From contig OZ244794.1 of assembly GCA_965219915.1 (NCBI GenBank), positions 1,052,790 to 1,116,789 of the forward strand: a stretch of 64,000 nucleotides of DNA. The letters are read 5' to 3'. Positions 1 to 10,266 of the stretch are shown here, in pieces. Below the pieces are notes generated by a model. The model was not told where the DNA came from. It did no database searches and saw only the letters and a program-made list of their open reading frames with translations. Numbering within the stretch: position 1 is the stretch's first letter; each line of letters opens with the position of its first letter. This DNA comes from Rhodothermales bacterium (GTDB lineage: Bacteria; Bacteroidota; Rhodothermia; Rhodothermales; Bin80). A program made the position numbers and the translations under genes.

Positions 1-417
1 CCCCCCTTTTCCCGGTGCCGGCGTCGGCTGTGTACGCACCATGAAATGCGCAAACACAATATCGCCGCTCCGCAAGTTGGCGGTCTCTCCCAACTGTGAC
101 TCGAAGTAGTTATGCTTGTTCTTCCCGTAGTTGGTAATCGGGAACTTAACACTGACCACCCCCAACACTCTATCTTCTCGCAGAATGGCCACATCCACTT
201 TTTTGCGGTAGTACTTCCCGTCCACCCGGGTCTCCCGCTGTTTCGGGCGGTCCTGACCTTGCACAGTGTACTCTGTCCCCAGACGGTCTCGCAATTCTTC
301 CATGATCCATCCATGCAGCGGGTGGAGTTTCTGGGAGGATTTTGGTCCATGCAGCTTATAGGCTTCGTACGCACTGCGTACGGCCTGCAATAGACGGGAT
401 TCAAGGTGTGTTGACAT
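1..417 (-). CDS. Putative type II restriction endonuclease (runs off window start)
   Basis: Hand translation from ATG at 417: MSTHLESRLLQAVRSAYEAY...VDGKYYRKKVDVAIL...VSVKFPITNYGKNKHNYFESQLGETANLR. Has PD-(D/E)xK-like spacing, lies directly downstream of an adenine MTase, and is paralogous to 14128-14652. Confidence 0.65.
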   Translation of the reverse strand, partial: MSTHLESRLLQAVRSAYEAYKLHGPKSSQKLHPLHGWIMEELRDRLGTEYTVQGQDRPKQRETRVDGKYYRKKVDVAILREDRVLGVVSVKFPITNYGKNKHNYFESQLGETANLRSGDIVFAHFMVRTQPTPAPGKGG

Positions 418-442
418 TGCACGCAGCTGTCTGGTCGAGTTT

Positions 443-2059
443 CTACTGCTCCACGTCTGATGCGCGCCCGTGTCCGAACCCTGTACGCCGTGTGTCTGAC
501 GCTACTATCTGTTCCTGCATGAGGTGCTGGGGGACAGGAAATTCTTGGATGTAGCGCTTCGCGTAACTAAACCATCCTCCCCTGAATGGCTGCGAGAGAG
601 CCTCAATATGCTGCCGCATCTCGTCGCTGTTGAGGACTGCCTGCAAAGCCGTGAGACTCACGCCGTTGCGGGGCTTTATACAGTACCCCGAGTAAAACAA
701 AGTGTCGGGATCCTCGCATATCTGAAAGTTGGGCTCCGGGTTCATGGAGGATGTGAGTATTTTGCGGCCGAACCCCGTCGTGATGCCCACTTCACGTCCA
801 TACCCATACCACTTCGCCTTGCTGAACGCCCCTTTGTCCCGAGCGAGCAATACATCCTTGTGTTTCACGAGCCATGCGTAGGCGAGGGGGTACAGGCGAG
901 CGAAAACTGGTTCGGGCAGCAGCTTGCCGCGGGAGTCGTATGGGTAGATCACCACCCGCTTTGCCTTGTCCCTTCCTTCTTTCATCACTGACGCTTTGAC
1001 AATCCGCCGCACAGCACCTGCCTCGACTGTAAACCTGTCTCCGCCCGACTCAATGTCAACGGTGTCGCCACTACCCCCTGCGACGTTCAGGATGAACACG
1101 CGGTCCGCCAGCGTCTGAATCCCAACACGGATGTCTGCTATATCGCCCAACCTGGCTCCCGCGCTGGGCGCCTCACCACACATTGGAGCGACCCCCCATT
1201 GACTTGGAGTACGGATAATCCGGCCCCGTGTGTGGAAGTCTGCCCCGTTCCATAGCCGGATATCTGGACACATGCTGTCTCGGCCCTTCCGTAGATGAGT
1301 GATGCACGTGTAGGTGCTTACGCCAGGAAATACTTGGAAGTCTCTGAAATCATGCAAGGACACGAGAGTGTGCAGGGAATCAATCTGCTCCCGCATTGAC
1401 CTTCCTGCCGCATTGCGCACCCAGCCACTGGGGGAGATGAACCGGAGTTGTCCACCCTGTTTCAGCAGGCGCATGCCTAGTTCGAAGAACACAATATATA
1501 AATCGCTGGCACCATGATAGTACCCCCAACCCCCCTGCTGAATTTTAGCCCTCCTGTCTGCTTCTAAGTGCTGTATCCGTACGTATGGTGGATTGCCGAC
1601 AACCCAATCACAAGTACCCTGCGCCCCGGCACTCGCATCAATGGCATCGGCGACATGCACATTCCAGTCCGAATTCGCGGCGGTTTCGCCGAGAAGCTTC
1701 CCGACGGTTTCGGTAAGTCTGCGCTGGCATTCGTCAACAGCGACAGAGTCCACATCGTAGCCAGTCAGCCGTGACAAGGTGTCGCGCAAACCCGCCGCCC
1801 TACGAGGCGGGGCCGCCATTATCCTCGCACACAATGCTTCGGCCACTGGAATAAGGAAGTCGCCGACTCCGCACGCCGGATCGCAGATAGTGAGTCGCTC
1901 CATCTTGGTTTGTCGGAGAGGGCGGAGCATGTGATCCACAACCCATCGCGGGGTATAAACCCGCCCGAAATGTTTCTCGTCACTGACGCGCTGGCGCCCC
2001 GTTTGCATTGTGTGGCCACTGTCCTTGCGCATGGTTGCTTGTGTCTTTTGGCCCATCAT
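443..2059 (-). CDS. N6-adenine DNA methyltransferase (gamma class, Eco57I/TaqI-like)
   Basis: FGRVYTP, motif I DPACGVGDF, catalytic VVGNPPY, DLYIVFFE, and a C-terminal TRD (IRVGIQT...KWYGYGR). Confidence 0.93.
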   Translation of the reverse strand: MMGQKTQATMRKDSGHTMQTGRQRVSDEKHFGRVYTPRWVVDHMLRPLRQTKMERLTICDPACGVGDFLIPVAEALCARIMAAPPRRAAGLRDTLSRLTGYDVDSVAVDECQRRLTETVGKLLGETAANSDWNVHVADAIDASAGAQGTCDWVVGNPPYVRIQHLEADRRAKIQQGGWGYYHGASDLYIVFFELGMRLLKQGGQLRFISPSGWVRNAAGRSMREQIDSLHTLVSLHDFRDFQVFPGVSTYTCITHLRKGRDSMCPDIRLWNGADFHTRGRIIRTPSQWGVAPMCGEAPSAGARLGDIADIRVGIQTLADRVFILNVAGGSGDTVDIESGGDRFTVEAGAVRRIVKASVMKEGRDKAKRVVIYPYDSRGKLLPEPVFARLYPLAYAWLVKHKDVLLARDKGAFSKAKWYGYGREVGITTGFGRKILTSSMNPEPNFQICEDPDTLFYSGYCIKPRNGVSLTALQAVLNSDEMRQHIEALSQPFRGGWFSYAKRYIQEFPVPQHLMQEQIVASDTRRTGFGHGRASDVEQ

Positions 2060-2476
2060 TTACCCCTAACGGAGCCCCCTTGTAAGAGAATCAATCACCA
2101 TCCGACTGTGCTTCGAGCACCTGGTCTTTAAAATGCTTCCGCCAGTGCTTTCCTTCGTTCTTAATGTCGGCCAACTGCGCATAGGGGGCGTCATATTTGG
2201 CATGTTCCGCCGCGTGCCGCTCGCGGTTCTGACTCCACAGTGCTTTGTGTATGTACTAATACGTGAATAATATACGCAATCGTTTTCTTCAACGTGCCCT
2301 CCTGCTCGCAGAGCTGCCAAGGTATCTCAGCTCTATGCGACCACATGGAATCCGTGGGCACGCTTCTGAATCGCACGCGTCCGCCGATGTGGCGACAAAG
2401 GCCCTGTCTTACTCAAATGATGCCTTGGAGGATTTATCGATATATGCTGAAGACGGATACCAATCAGCCGACAGGC

Positions 2477-3781
2477 TCAGGAGTTGAGTTTCGCCAGCGC
2501 CTTCTGGCACCGTCTATCATCCTGATAGAGAGCTTCCGGTACATCGCGACCTTCCGCCAAAGCCGCAAGAACCCTTCCGTGGAGCTTCGTGAATAGGGGT
2601 GGGACAGCTTCGCCGATCATCTGACGGACACCCGTATGTCCCCACTTTTCTATCGAGTCTCCCCACCGGAACGTGGTCGGAATGGTCTGAAGCCAACTGC
2701 ATTCGGCAGGACTTAGGACCCGATTCTCCCAGGGATGCAGCGTTCGGTTACTTCCGATATGCCCGCTCGCGGTCGTTATCGTTGCCGCTGGCCGGGACGG
2801 ATCCTGCCGCCGGTAGCTGGAGTTGCGGAACCCCCTTACCAATCGCCACGAACCATCCTCGTCTCGTACGGTTGGCCGGAGTATTGGACTCTGGCAATGT
2901 GGGCAAACCGCCTCTGCGGAGGCAATGCCCTCCGCGTCGCATAGCACACAATGATCAGTCTCCCACGCGCTAGCACCGCTGCCAGGTGGTATCGCCGCCA
3001 CCATTTCGTACCTCCGGTCAAGCCAAACGGGCACCCGATGCATCGGATGTCTACTCGAACAGGCCGTCTCAGCAGATCCTGCATCAAGCGCTGGTAAACC
3101 CGATTCGCGCAAGGCCTCATCAATCGTGATGAAGTCTGGGGAATCTGGGCCGCCATAGGTTGGGGCTGGAAACGGCGCCCGTCCGGTTCTCCTGAGTACA
3201 CCAAGGGCACTGGTATCCTTCTTCACCAAGGTCAGAAACGCACGCGAACGATGCTGCGGAACCCCAAATTCACATAAATCGACGACCGCTGCGTAGACGA
3301 CATAATCGGACTCCAGCCGATTGCAGAGAACCTTCGCGGCAGAGCTGGGAGTCGCGCTGTCTGGATCCCAAACCCTTCGTCGCAGAAACGCGGGGACATT
3401 CTCGACCACAACGAAGGTCGGCTGTAGTTCCCTGGCAACCTCGGCTATGGGCAGCACAAGTAGATTGCGACCATCCCGAGAGCCAGCGTCCGGGTCGCTC
3501 TCTTTCCCGCGGTCCCCTCTAGCCGTGCTCATGCCCTGGCAAGGAGGACAACCTGATAGCAGCACTGGATTCTCCGACCCGTAGCGCTCTCGGAAGGAAT
3601 CGACTACGAGGGGCCATGTTCTCCGAAGATCCCCAGAGACGGCAACAGCCTCTGGATGATTCAGCTTTGCGACATCCAAGCGTTTCCCAACCAGTTCCGA
3701 GACCACACGAAACTGGAACCCGGCACCCGCGAATCCCACATCGCCGGCACCACAGTTCGAGAAGAGGCTGACTGCTTTCAC
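2477..3781 (-). CDS. C5-cytosine DNA methyltransferase with CxxC...CxxC insert
   Basis: SLFSNCGAG, GCPPCQG, VENV, GVPQHRSR and QMIGEAVPP motifs. GTG at 3781 overlaps the upstream stop (GTGA), so it is preferred over the longer ORF start. Confidence 0.92.
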   Translation of the reverse strand: MKAVSLFSNCGAGDVGFAGAGFQFRVVSELVGKRLDVAKLNHPEAVAVSGDLRRTWPLVVDSFRERYGSENPVLLSGCPPCQGMSTARGDRGKESDPDAGSRDGRNLLVLPIAEVARELQPTFVVVENVPAFLRRRVWDPDSATPSSAAKVLCNRLESDYVVYAAVVDLCEFGVPQHRSRAFLTLVKKDTSALGVLRRTGRAPFPAPTYGGPDSPDFITIDEALRESGLPALDAGSAETACSSRHPMHRVPVWLDRRYEMVAAIPPGSGASAWETDHCVLCDAEGIASAEAVCPHCQSPILRPTVRDEDGSWRLVRGFRNSSYRRQDPSRPAATITTASGHIGSNRTLHPWENRVLSPAECSWLQTIPTTFRWGDSIEKWGHTGVRQMIGEAVPPLFTKLHGRVLAALAEGRDVPEALYQDDRRCQKALAKLNS

Positions 3782-5838
3782 GACGAGTCTGAGTCGGGGG
3801 CCAGGCGTCTTTCCTCTTCGTGGACACGATCCTGCACTGCTAGGAAGGCCCTGTTGGCTCTCGCAGCACGCGCTAGGAGGTCGGTCCAGGAGATTTGCTT
3901 GATACGGTCCTCGCTGCACCAAGACATATAGGCCCTGTTCCTGTTTCGATCAGTGATATTTACACCATCGCAAACCAAGTCAACAATCCACTCTTCTGAG
4001 AGATCCGACGCGAGCTCGCGGTTTTGGGCGAAGAATTCCTTGAATGCGTCGAGATAGTTGTGGAGTCGGTCCCAGTCCTTGTTGTCGAAGAGGTGACCTC
4101 TCGCCTTGATCTCGACGATGTGAAGCCTGCGACCGGGGTTCACGAGCGTGAAATCAGGTCGCTTGCGACCGTGATCGATTGAGAAAGTCACCTCTTCGCC
4201 ACATTGCCTCTTGTAGTATGCGGCGAACATCTCCGCGAACAGCTTCAGACTTTGATTCGACGTAATCGGCGTCCAAGTAGCATCAATTAACCAGGGAGCG
4301 GCGGCGACGATCCCCTGGAGTGCAGGCTCATCCCCGCCCTCCCTGATCACATTCTTAAGCGTCTGGATGGCCCTGACGCGTTGGTATGCACGCTGGGCGT
4401 AAGAAGCCATCTCGGCAATACGCGTCTTCGAGAACAGATCCAGAAGGGAGTCTATCCCGCCGTCCTCGCCGAAAATCTCCTGATTAAAGGCTTCAAAAGC
4501 GTCTATCAGGGCCTTATGTGGGGCCACCGAAAGAACGACTTGAACGAGACCATCCACATACTCTTTGTCACCGAGTTCGTCTTCAGAAGCGAAGCGGCCT
4601 ATTTGTTTTCCCAACTTCATGGCAGTTGAAACGACATCGTCATCGGCAAAGCGCTCCTTGGCCCTGTCCTCCAGCCCAGACACATTCAAAAAGAGTCGTT
4701 CTACCCGCTTGCGCCGAGGCTGACGGGAAGCCGCAGCGATCCTCCTGATCCATTCGGCGCCCCACTCTCGAAACGCGCGCCCGTAGTCGGACTCCCACAA
4801 AATGTCCTGTCTGTTTGTGGTAATTAGGTCATCCCCTTCATCTTCGTCGAGCCATTCGGCATGAACTTCGCCTACTAGGTATGAGCGCAGTGTGAATTCG
4901 CCTGTGAATCCTGCTGATTGTCCGAAATCTCGGGTGGTCCCTACAATCTTCCCGCGGGCGTAGATTCGAACACCGGCCATCTCCTCGTTTTTGTAGGCTC
5001 CCTCCGCGAGCCCCATCCACCCCGACACCGGAAGGCTGCGGTGTTCCTCCGGGAGCGGCACCGGCTCCCGCGATACATCGACCCGTGTGCCTTCCATCAA
5101 GGGGATCTCAAAGGCTCCGATCATAAATGGAGGGTTTTCTCCGGGATTCCGTGTATCCTTGATACTGACCCTGAAATCTGAAAGGCGCAGGCCGAATCGT
5201 CTCGCCATCTGCCGATGAAATGTCTCCCGATTCGGAACTCTCTTCGGTAGGAAATCAATCAGACGCACCGTAGTCCCCGAGTTTGCCCGATATGTCCCGT
5301 CTTGGTCGCCTACTTCCATCGGGACCGGCTTGACTTCGTCGCGCAGGATATCGTTGTACGGCATAATGAAGTGGGAAACCAGAAAGCCATCATCGGTCTT
5401 CTCGCCCCCGGCGGAGAGGATCTCGATGCGCTTGCAGATACCGAAGGGGGCAAGCTTGCCGATGCCTTTCCTGCCCATCACCGGTCGTCGTTTCCTCCTG
5501 GAACGTTTGCCCTGCGATGGATCCTCCCGTCGATCTTTTCCAACTCGCAGGAAATGCTCGTTGGCCTCCCCCGGAGTCATTCCATGCCCGTCATCCACGA
5601 CCTCGATGGCATGGTCGAAGTCTTTTACCCTCCCAGTCGCCCTGTCCTTGCGCGCGAGAAGGGTGGCGAGTGGTACACGCACCACGACATTCTCCGCATC
5701 CGCATCGTACGCGTTTGCAATGAGTTCGGCAACGACCGCGCTCACGCGATCATACAGACGGACTCCCAACTTATCCACTGTCATGCGAGAAATCCGCATG
5801 ATGTAGCGATGCGAGTTTGGTCTGTCAGTCATTCGCAT
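3778..5838 (-). CDS. MORC-like GHKL ATPase fused to a C-terminal PD-(D/E)xK nuclease domain
   Basis: ELIANAYDADA, DDGHGMT, GRKGIGK and GTTV GHKL motifs. C-terminal RPDFTL...IVEIK. Coupled to a C5 MTase. Confidence 0.85.
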   Translation of the reverse strand: MRMTDRPNSHRYIMRISRMTVDKLGVRLYDRVSAVVAELIANAYDADAENVVVRVPLATLLARKDRATGRVKDFDHAIEVVDDGHGMTPGEANEHFLRVGKDRREDPSQGKRSRRKRRPVMGRKGIGKLAPFGICKRIEILSAGGEKTDDGFLVSHFIMPYNDILRDEVKPVPMEVGDQDGTYRANSGTTVRLIDFLPKRVPNRETFHRQMARRFGLRLSDFRVSIKDTRNPGENPPFMIGAFEIPLMEGTRVDVSREPVPLPEEHRSLPVSGWMGLAEGAYKNEEMAGVRIYARGKIVGTTRDFGQSAGFTGEFTLRSYLVGEVHAEWLDEDEGDDLITTNRQDILWESDYGRAFREWGAEWIRRIAAASRQPRRKRVERLFLNVSGLEDRAKERFADDDVVSTAMKLGKQIGRFASEDELGDKEYVDGLVQVVLSVAPHKALIDAFEAFNQEIFGEDGGIDSLLDLFSKTRIAEMASYAQRAYQRVRAIQTLKNVIREGGDEPALQGIVAAAPWLIDATWTPITSNQSLKLFAEMFAAYYKRQCGEEVTFSIDHGRKRPDFTLVNPGRRLHIVEIKARGHLFDNKDWDRLHNYLDAFKEFFAQNRELASDLSEEWIVDLVCDGVNITDRNRNRAYMSWCSEDRIKQISWTDLLARAARANRAFLAVQDRVHEEERRLAPDSDSS

Positions 5839-5878
5839 ATCTTGTGGGATCGGCCCAAACGGGCGCGGGTAGTGGGTC

Positions 5879-6008
5879 CATGTTTTCGTTAAGGTGTTTT
5901 TTCTCCGTCACGGGAAAAAGGATTCAAGTAGTAGTGTCTTTCTTCAACAACCAGGAGATCGTTACCCTGTAGAGTCAGTTCAAAGAGAGCAACAACCTTG
6001 TCCTTGTC
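5879..6008 (-). repeat. Diverged direct duplicate of the 3' end of the 6168-6947 endonuclease gene (other copy 6157-6290)
   Basis: Reads KVVALFELTLQGNDLLVVEERHYYLNPFSRDGEKTP* versus EVVALFELTLQGHDLRIVEERHYQLTPFSRDGEKIT*. No start codon. Confidence 0.85.
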
Positions 6009-6167
6009 GGCATTTCTGCATCACAGTCCAATGGTGATCTGTATTATGAATACAACAGTCGAGCGTAGGGGCGAATTGATAACGTTGCTCGTTCCATTAC
6101 TTCCTTCCTATGACAACAAATTCTCGGACAAGACGATTGCGTGGGTCACATGCGTTCATGTTTCCGT

Positions 6168-6947
6168 TTAGGTGATTTTTTCTCCGTCACGGGAAAAAGG
6201 AGTCAATTGGTAGTGTCGTTCTTCAACAATCCGGAGATCGTGACCCTGTAGAGTCAGTTCAAAGAGTGCAACCACCTCATCCTCGTTGTCCACAAACTGG
6301 ACGGCAATAGCGCGGCATTCCAGGCGCGGGAACTTCTGCTGAGCAAACTGAATATCCTGAGTTATTTGGACGGCCCCTATGCGATCTTTGCCCGCCTTAG
6401 CCTGAACGGGAATAATGTAGTGATTACCTCGCTTGTCCAGACCGACATAAAGTTCATCAATCTCGATTTGCCCCACCCCTCCAACGGTCGTTCGGAGGTG
6501 ATTCTGCAGACTGTAGGTTGTTATTCCGAGAAATATGTCAATAAGGCGGTTGTACCGGATGATCGCTAGCAGAGCCTGCTCGTCGCTCTGTGCATAAGCC
6601 CGAATTATTTCCGGTGTCGCATCTGGTATGTCTATCACCGCCAGATCGCCGCGCGGAATTACACGAGTTTTCTTGGTGAGGCGGAAACGATAACGACCTT
6701 TGCCTGCACCCTCTATTATCCATTCTCTGCCTTGGGGCTGGGTTGCCAAAATACTGTCAGGGAACTCGTTTCGGTGACGAAATGAGTAGAGGATATCTCC
6801 TGTGTTTTTTATGGGGTCAATCCCGAGTTCAGAGGTCGCTTTGTCAAATTCGCTACGATCAAACTCGAATTCAGTCACGCCATCTTCGTAGTGATCAACG
6901 AACACCTTCTCAATCACTTTCTGATAGCGATTTAGGAGTTTAGGCAT
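6168..6947 (-). CDS. Type II restriction endonuclease (XorII-like by recollection)
   Basis: QIEIDELYVG...IPVQAK nuclease motif. AGGAGG upstream of ATG 6947. Overlaps the end of a C5 MTase. Confidence 0.75.
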   Translation of the reverse strand: MPKLLNRYQKVIEKVFVDHYEDGVTEFEFDRSEFDKATSELGIDPIKNTGDILYSFRHRNEFPDSILATQPQGREWIIEGAGKGRYRFRLTKKTRVIPRGDLAVIDIPDATPEIIRAYAQSDEQALLAIIRYNRLIDIFLGITTYSLQNHLRTTVGGVGQIEIDELYVGLDKRGNHYIIPVQAKAGKDRIGAVQITQDIQFAQQKFPRLECRAIAVQFVDNEDEVVALFELTLQGHDLRIVEERHYQLTPFSRDGEKIT

Positions 6948-8271
6948 AAACCTGGCCTCCTGCGATACGCTCACGTTCGATGTCGACCTGCCTACGTTTC
7001 TTTATTCCACTTTTCCTGTCCCGTCGGCTAGGTAGTGGCTGCACTCCGAACGATTTTGCCGCTTCCGACATCCCGAAACGCAGGAGTTTGGGATCACCAA
7101 GAGAGATAGAATAGTGCGGGCGACTTGGCGTTATTCCCAGTGACTCGATCACCTTCATCGCAATCGCTCTCGCCAATGGAGGGGGGACTGCATTTCCTAC
7201 TTGGCGGGCACCATGCCATTTCGTTACATGGAACCGGAACCAGTCGGGGAAACCGTGTAACCGTGCCATTTCTCTAACCGTGATGCACCGGTCATGACGG
7301 TGATGGATAGGGCGTGGACTGGTAAAGGCGCCACGTACACCATCTGTACCCGCACGAAGGGTATTGGAAACCCCCGTCTCGCACAGCCTGAAGAATCTAC
7401 TGATAGGCTCCACTGATCCCTGTTCCGCTTCCTTGAACCGCCTACGCGAAATTACAGTATGGTTAGTCCGGGCACTCGAAGTAAGCATTCGCGGATTCCA
7501 TTCTCTCCTGTATCCGTAATACCAGGCATCGTCTGTAAGACATCGAAGTTTCTCTGCATACGACGATGGCTCAGTGAACGCATTTGTGATCACAGAATCA
7601 GAATTGATCAAGGAGCGGAATCGTTCTGCATCGGGCAGGTCGTCAAGAGCATCTGAACAGGTCGGGCCAGTTGGGAGGCCGGCAATCTTGCTGGTTTTCT
7701 CCGCAATGTTGGTAACAGCGGATGGGTAATCAGGCAAATTGTGATCCTTCCTAGCCCCAATTAGAATCAGACGCTCGCGGTTTTGGGGGGTATCAAAGTG
7801 TGCTGCATTTAGAACCTGCCAAGGATCCCTTACACGATAGCCAGCGTCGTCGAATGCTTGCATGAGTTCATGGACAAACATTCTGTGTCTACCAATTGCA
7901 AGCCCCTTGACATTTTCAAACACGAATGTCCTGGCCTCAAGCTCGGTAACGATACGGACAAATTCTCGCACAAGACGATTGCGTGGATCATCCAAAGCCC
8001 TGCGGCCCATTAACGAAAATCCTTGACACGGGGGGCCGCCCAACACACAGTCTACATGACGACCTCCTATTCCTGCTGAGTCCAATATCTCTTGCCCTGT
8101 CAGACTTTCAATGGCCTGAGGAAATATGGTCGCATTGGGGAAGTTGTATTTATGAACCGCACAGTGTACAGGGTCTATCTCGACGGCGGCGGCTATGTCA
8201 AAACCCGCCTGCTCAAAACCCAAACTGAATCCCCCCGCACCTGCAAAAAGATCTATCCCGATTGGTCTCAT
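6940..8271 (-). CDS. C5-cytosine DNA methyltransferase (resembles M.XorII/CGATCG group by recollection)
   Basis: DLFAGAGG, GGPPCQGFS, FENV, PQNRER and QVGNAVPP motifs. Confidence 0.95.
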   Translation of the reverse strand: MRPIGIDLFAGAGGFSLGFEQAGFDIAAAVEIDPVHCAVHKYNFPNATIFPQAIESLTGQEILDSAGIGGRHVDCVLGGPPCQGFSLMGRRALDDPRNRLVREFVRIVTELEARTFVFENVKGLAIGRHRMFVHELMQAFDDAGYRVRDPWQVLNAAHFDTPQNRERLILIGARKDHNLPDYPSAVTNIAEKTSKIAGLPTGPTCSDALDDLPDAERFRSLINSDSVITNAFTEPSSYAEKLRCLTDDAWYYGYRREWNPRMLTSSARTNHTVISRRRFKEAEQGSVEPISRFFRLCETGVSNTLRAGTDGVRGAFTSPRPIHHRHDRCITVREMARLHGFPDWFRFHVTKWHGARQVGNAVPPPLARAIAMKVIESLGITPSRPHYSISLGDPKLLRFGMSEAAKSFGVQPLPSRRDRKSGIKKRRQVDIERERIAGGQVYA

Positions 8272-8567
8272 TCAATGAGTTCTTAATACCGGCACGTTAT
8301 ATTATTGCTACATCAATATAAGCAACTCCCGTATTGTAGGCATACTGCATGTCCACGAGTAGTATGTCAATCTGACAAATCAACATACGATTGTAATACA
8401 CCGGAGCTCGCGACCAGACACATCTTTAACATGCTTTGATGTTCTCTCCGTCTGGCAAGGGCACATGGTTCATCGAGCATCGGATCTATATCTGGGCAAC
8501 GGAACAAACGGGGGGAGGCATTCGTGAATAATCAGCAGACCAGCTCCATTACGAGTACGCTGGGCAC

Positions 8568-9763
8568 ATGCAAAGACACCCGACTCTCAGATCCCCCTCC
8601 GTGCCTGACCGCGGGCCTGCGCAGCACTTTCACGGGCGGCGGGCAATCTTGTCCGATTTCCGCAAAGTGTTAGAATGGGCCGCGCAGACCAAAGGCGGGA
8701 CCACATTCCTGGTCCAGGGTGCTCCGGGGGCTGGGAAAACCGCGCTACTTGATCAATGCGAGAAACTGTCCAAGCAGGTGAAGTGGCAGGTCGCGACGAT
8801 TAACACAGCGGCGCTTCATGACCCAGAATCGCTGTTCGATTGCCTGGGGCACGAGGGGAGTCTAGCTTTTTACAGGGGATTGGTCAGTTAGGTGTAAATC
8901 TGGTGGTCACGCGCGGCGTGATGTCTGACTTTAAGCGGCCTGGTCGCACCATCACTAACATTCTCCGCCGCAGGTCAAAGCCCCTGCTCCTCGTCCTCGA
9001 CGAAGCCCAGAGACTCGGGCAAACTGAAATCTGTCCACGAGAGCACAAGGGGACCGTGAGCGACATCTTGGACTATATTCATAATGGGCGGGCGGGTACC
9101 CCCGTGGTGCTCCTGGCCGCCGGACTGGGACGCACCGAGCAAGCATTCGCCGATCTTGGGGTGTCGCGCTTCAGGGGCGGGGCCTTTACGGACTTGGGCT
9201 CGAACGGCGAGGAGGCAGAACGCGCGGTGATCCGAGACTGGATTGAGAAAGATGGGAGAGCCAAGAAGGCCCCCGCCCAGTGGGTCGAGGCCATCATGCA
9301 GAAAACGCATGGATGGCCTCATCATATTGTGTCCTACGCGTACCCCGCGTCAAGACACCTGCGAGCCAACGGTGGCGAGGGGACAGCAGAGGGGCTGCAG
9401 ATCACACTAGAGTCGGGACGGGCCAGTCGCAGGGCCTACTATGACCGCAGAGCGCGGGACTTCGGTGAGGTAGAGCGTCGTGCGCTCGCGCACGCATTCA
9501 GGGGTACGCCGTCAGAAGGAAGTCGGACGAGACAAGAAATTGAGGCCGATCTGATGCAGGAGTTCACCGAGGCGCAGTCCAGGGCCTTGTTTGAGTCTGC
9601 CTGGGGACAGGGGCTGCTGGATCAGCGCCAGGGGCGATTCGTCATCCCCGTCCCATCTATGCAGGACTGGCTCGTCTCCCATTATAGGCGCGAGCAGATC
9701 CAATTGCCAGAGTCCGATCTGGCACGTCATCGGAGCCCAGGGATGGATTTCGACGGCCGATGA
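8568..9763 (+). pseudogene. Frameshifted AAA/STAND-like P-loop ATPase
   Basis: FHGR and Walker A GAPGAGKT in ORF 8568-8891. Walker B LLVLDEAQ and THGWPHH in overlapping ORF 8840-9763. Frameshift near 8850-8880. Confidence 0.8.
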
Positions 9764-10011
9764 GTTGCCGCGCCTTCAGGGGTTGCCTGGTACGTAATCA
9801 GTAACCCGCTGTCAGTGGCCACTTTTGCCGGCTTCTACGCGCAAAGATGTTGGGGCTGACTACTTTTGTCGCTTCTGTCAGCCTCTGGTGCGCCTAATCT
9901 CCCCTAGATTGCGTTTGATCGCATCCGAGTGAGCTCAATGCCACGAGAGCGTGGCCTGGCGGGAGATTGCACAAGCCGAGGCACATTATGCGGTGGATCT
10001 GATGCGGTGGA

Positions 10012-10104
10012 TTCCCCACTATAGACATGACTGATGTCTGTAGTTTCCCCGTGATAAACATGACTGACGTCTGCAGTTTCTCGGTAGATATGACTTATGT
10101 CTGC
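10012..10104. repeat. Three imperfect 30-33 bp tandem repeats (core TAGACATGACTGATGTCTG)
   Basis: Units ccccactatagacatgactgatgtctgtagttt / ccccgtgataaacatgactgacgtctgcagttt / ctcggtagatatgacttatgtctgc. Confidence 0.75.
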
Positions 10105-10266
10105 GGGGGGTGAAAGACAAGGCATGTTACTTTGAGACTACTGGGGTACTCTGTTTATGAGCGCACTAAGCTTTTGGTGTAAGACATCCGCGGCGGCCCC
10201 CATTTGGGACCTTATCCATCATGACTTATAGACAACCAGCGTGGCGTTGTCCTGGTAAGGCTTCGC

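Noticed and set aside
2066-2476. Short ORFs between the MTases as a controller or Vsr protein
   Set aside because: No HTH or Vsr motifs were found in any listed frame.
3782-3922. N-terminal extension of the C5 MTase ORF
   Set aside because: It overlaps the GHKL gene, and the GTGA-coupled start at 3781 places motif I at the N-terminus as expected.
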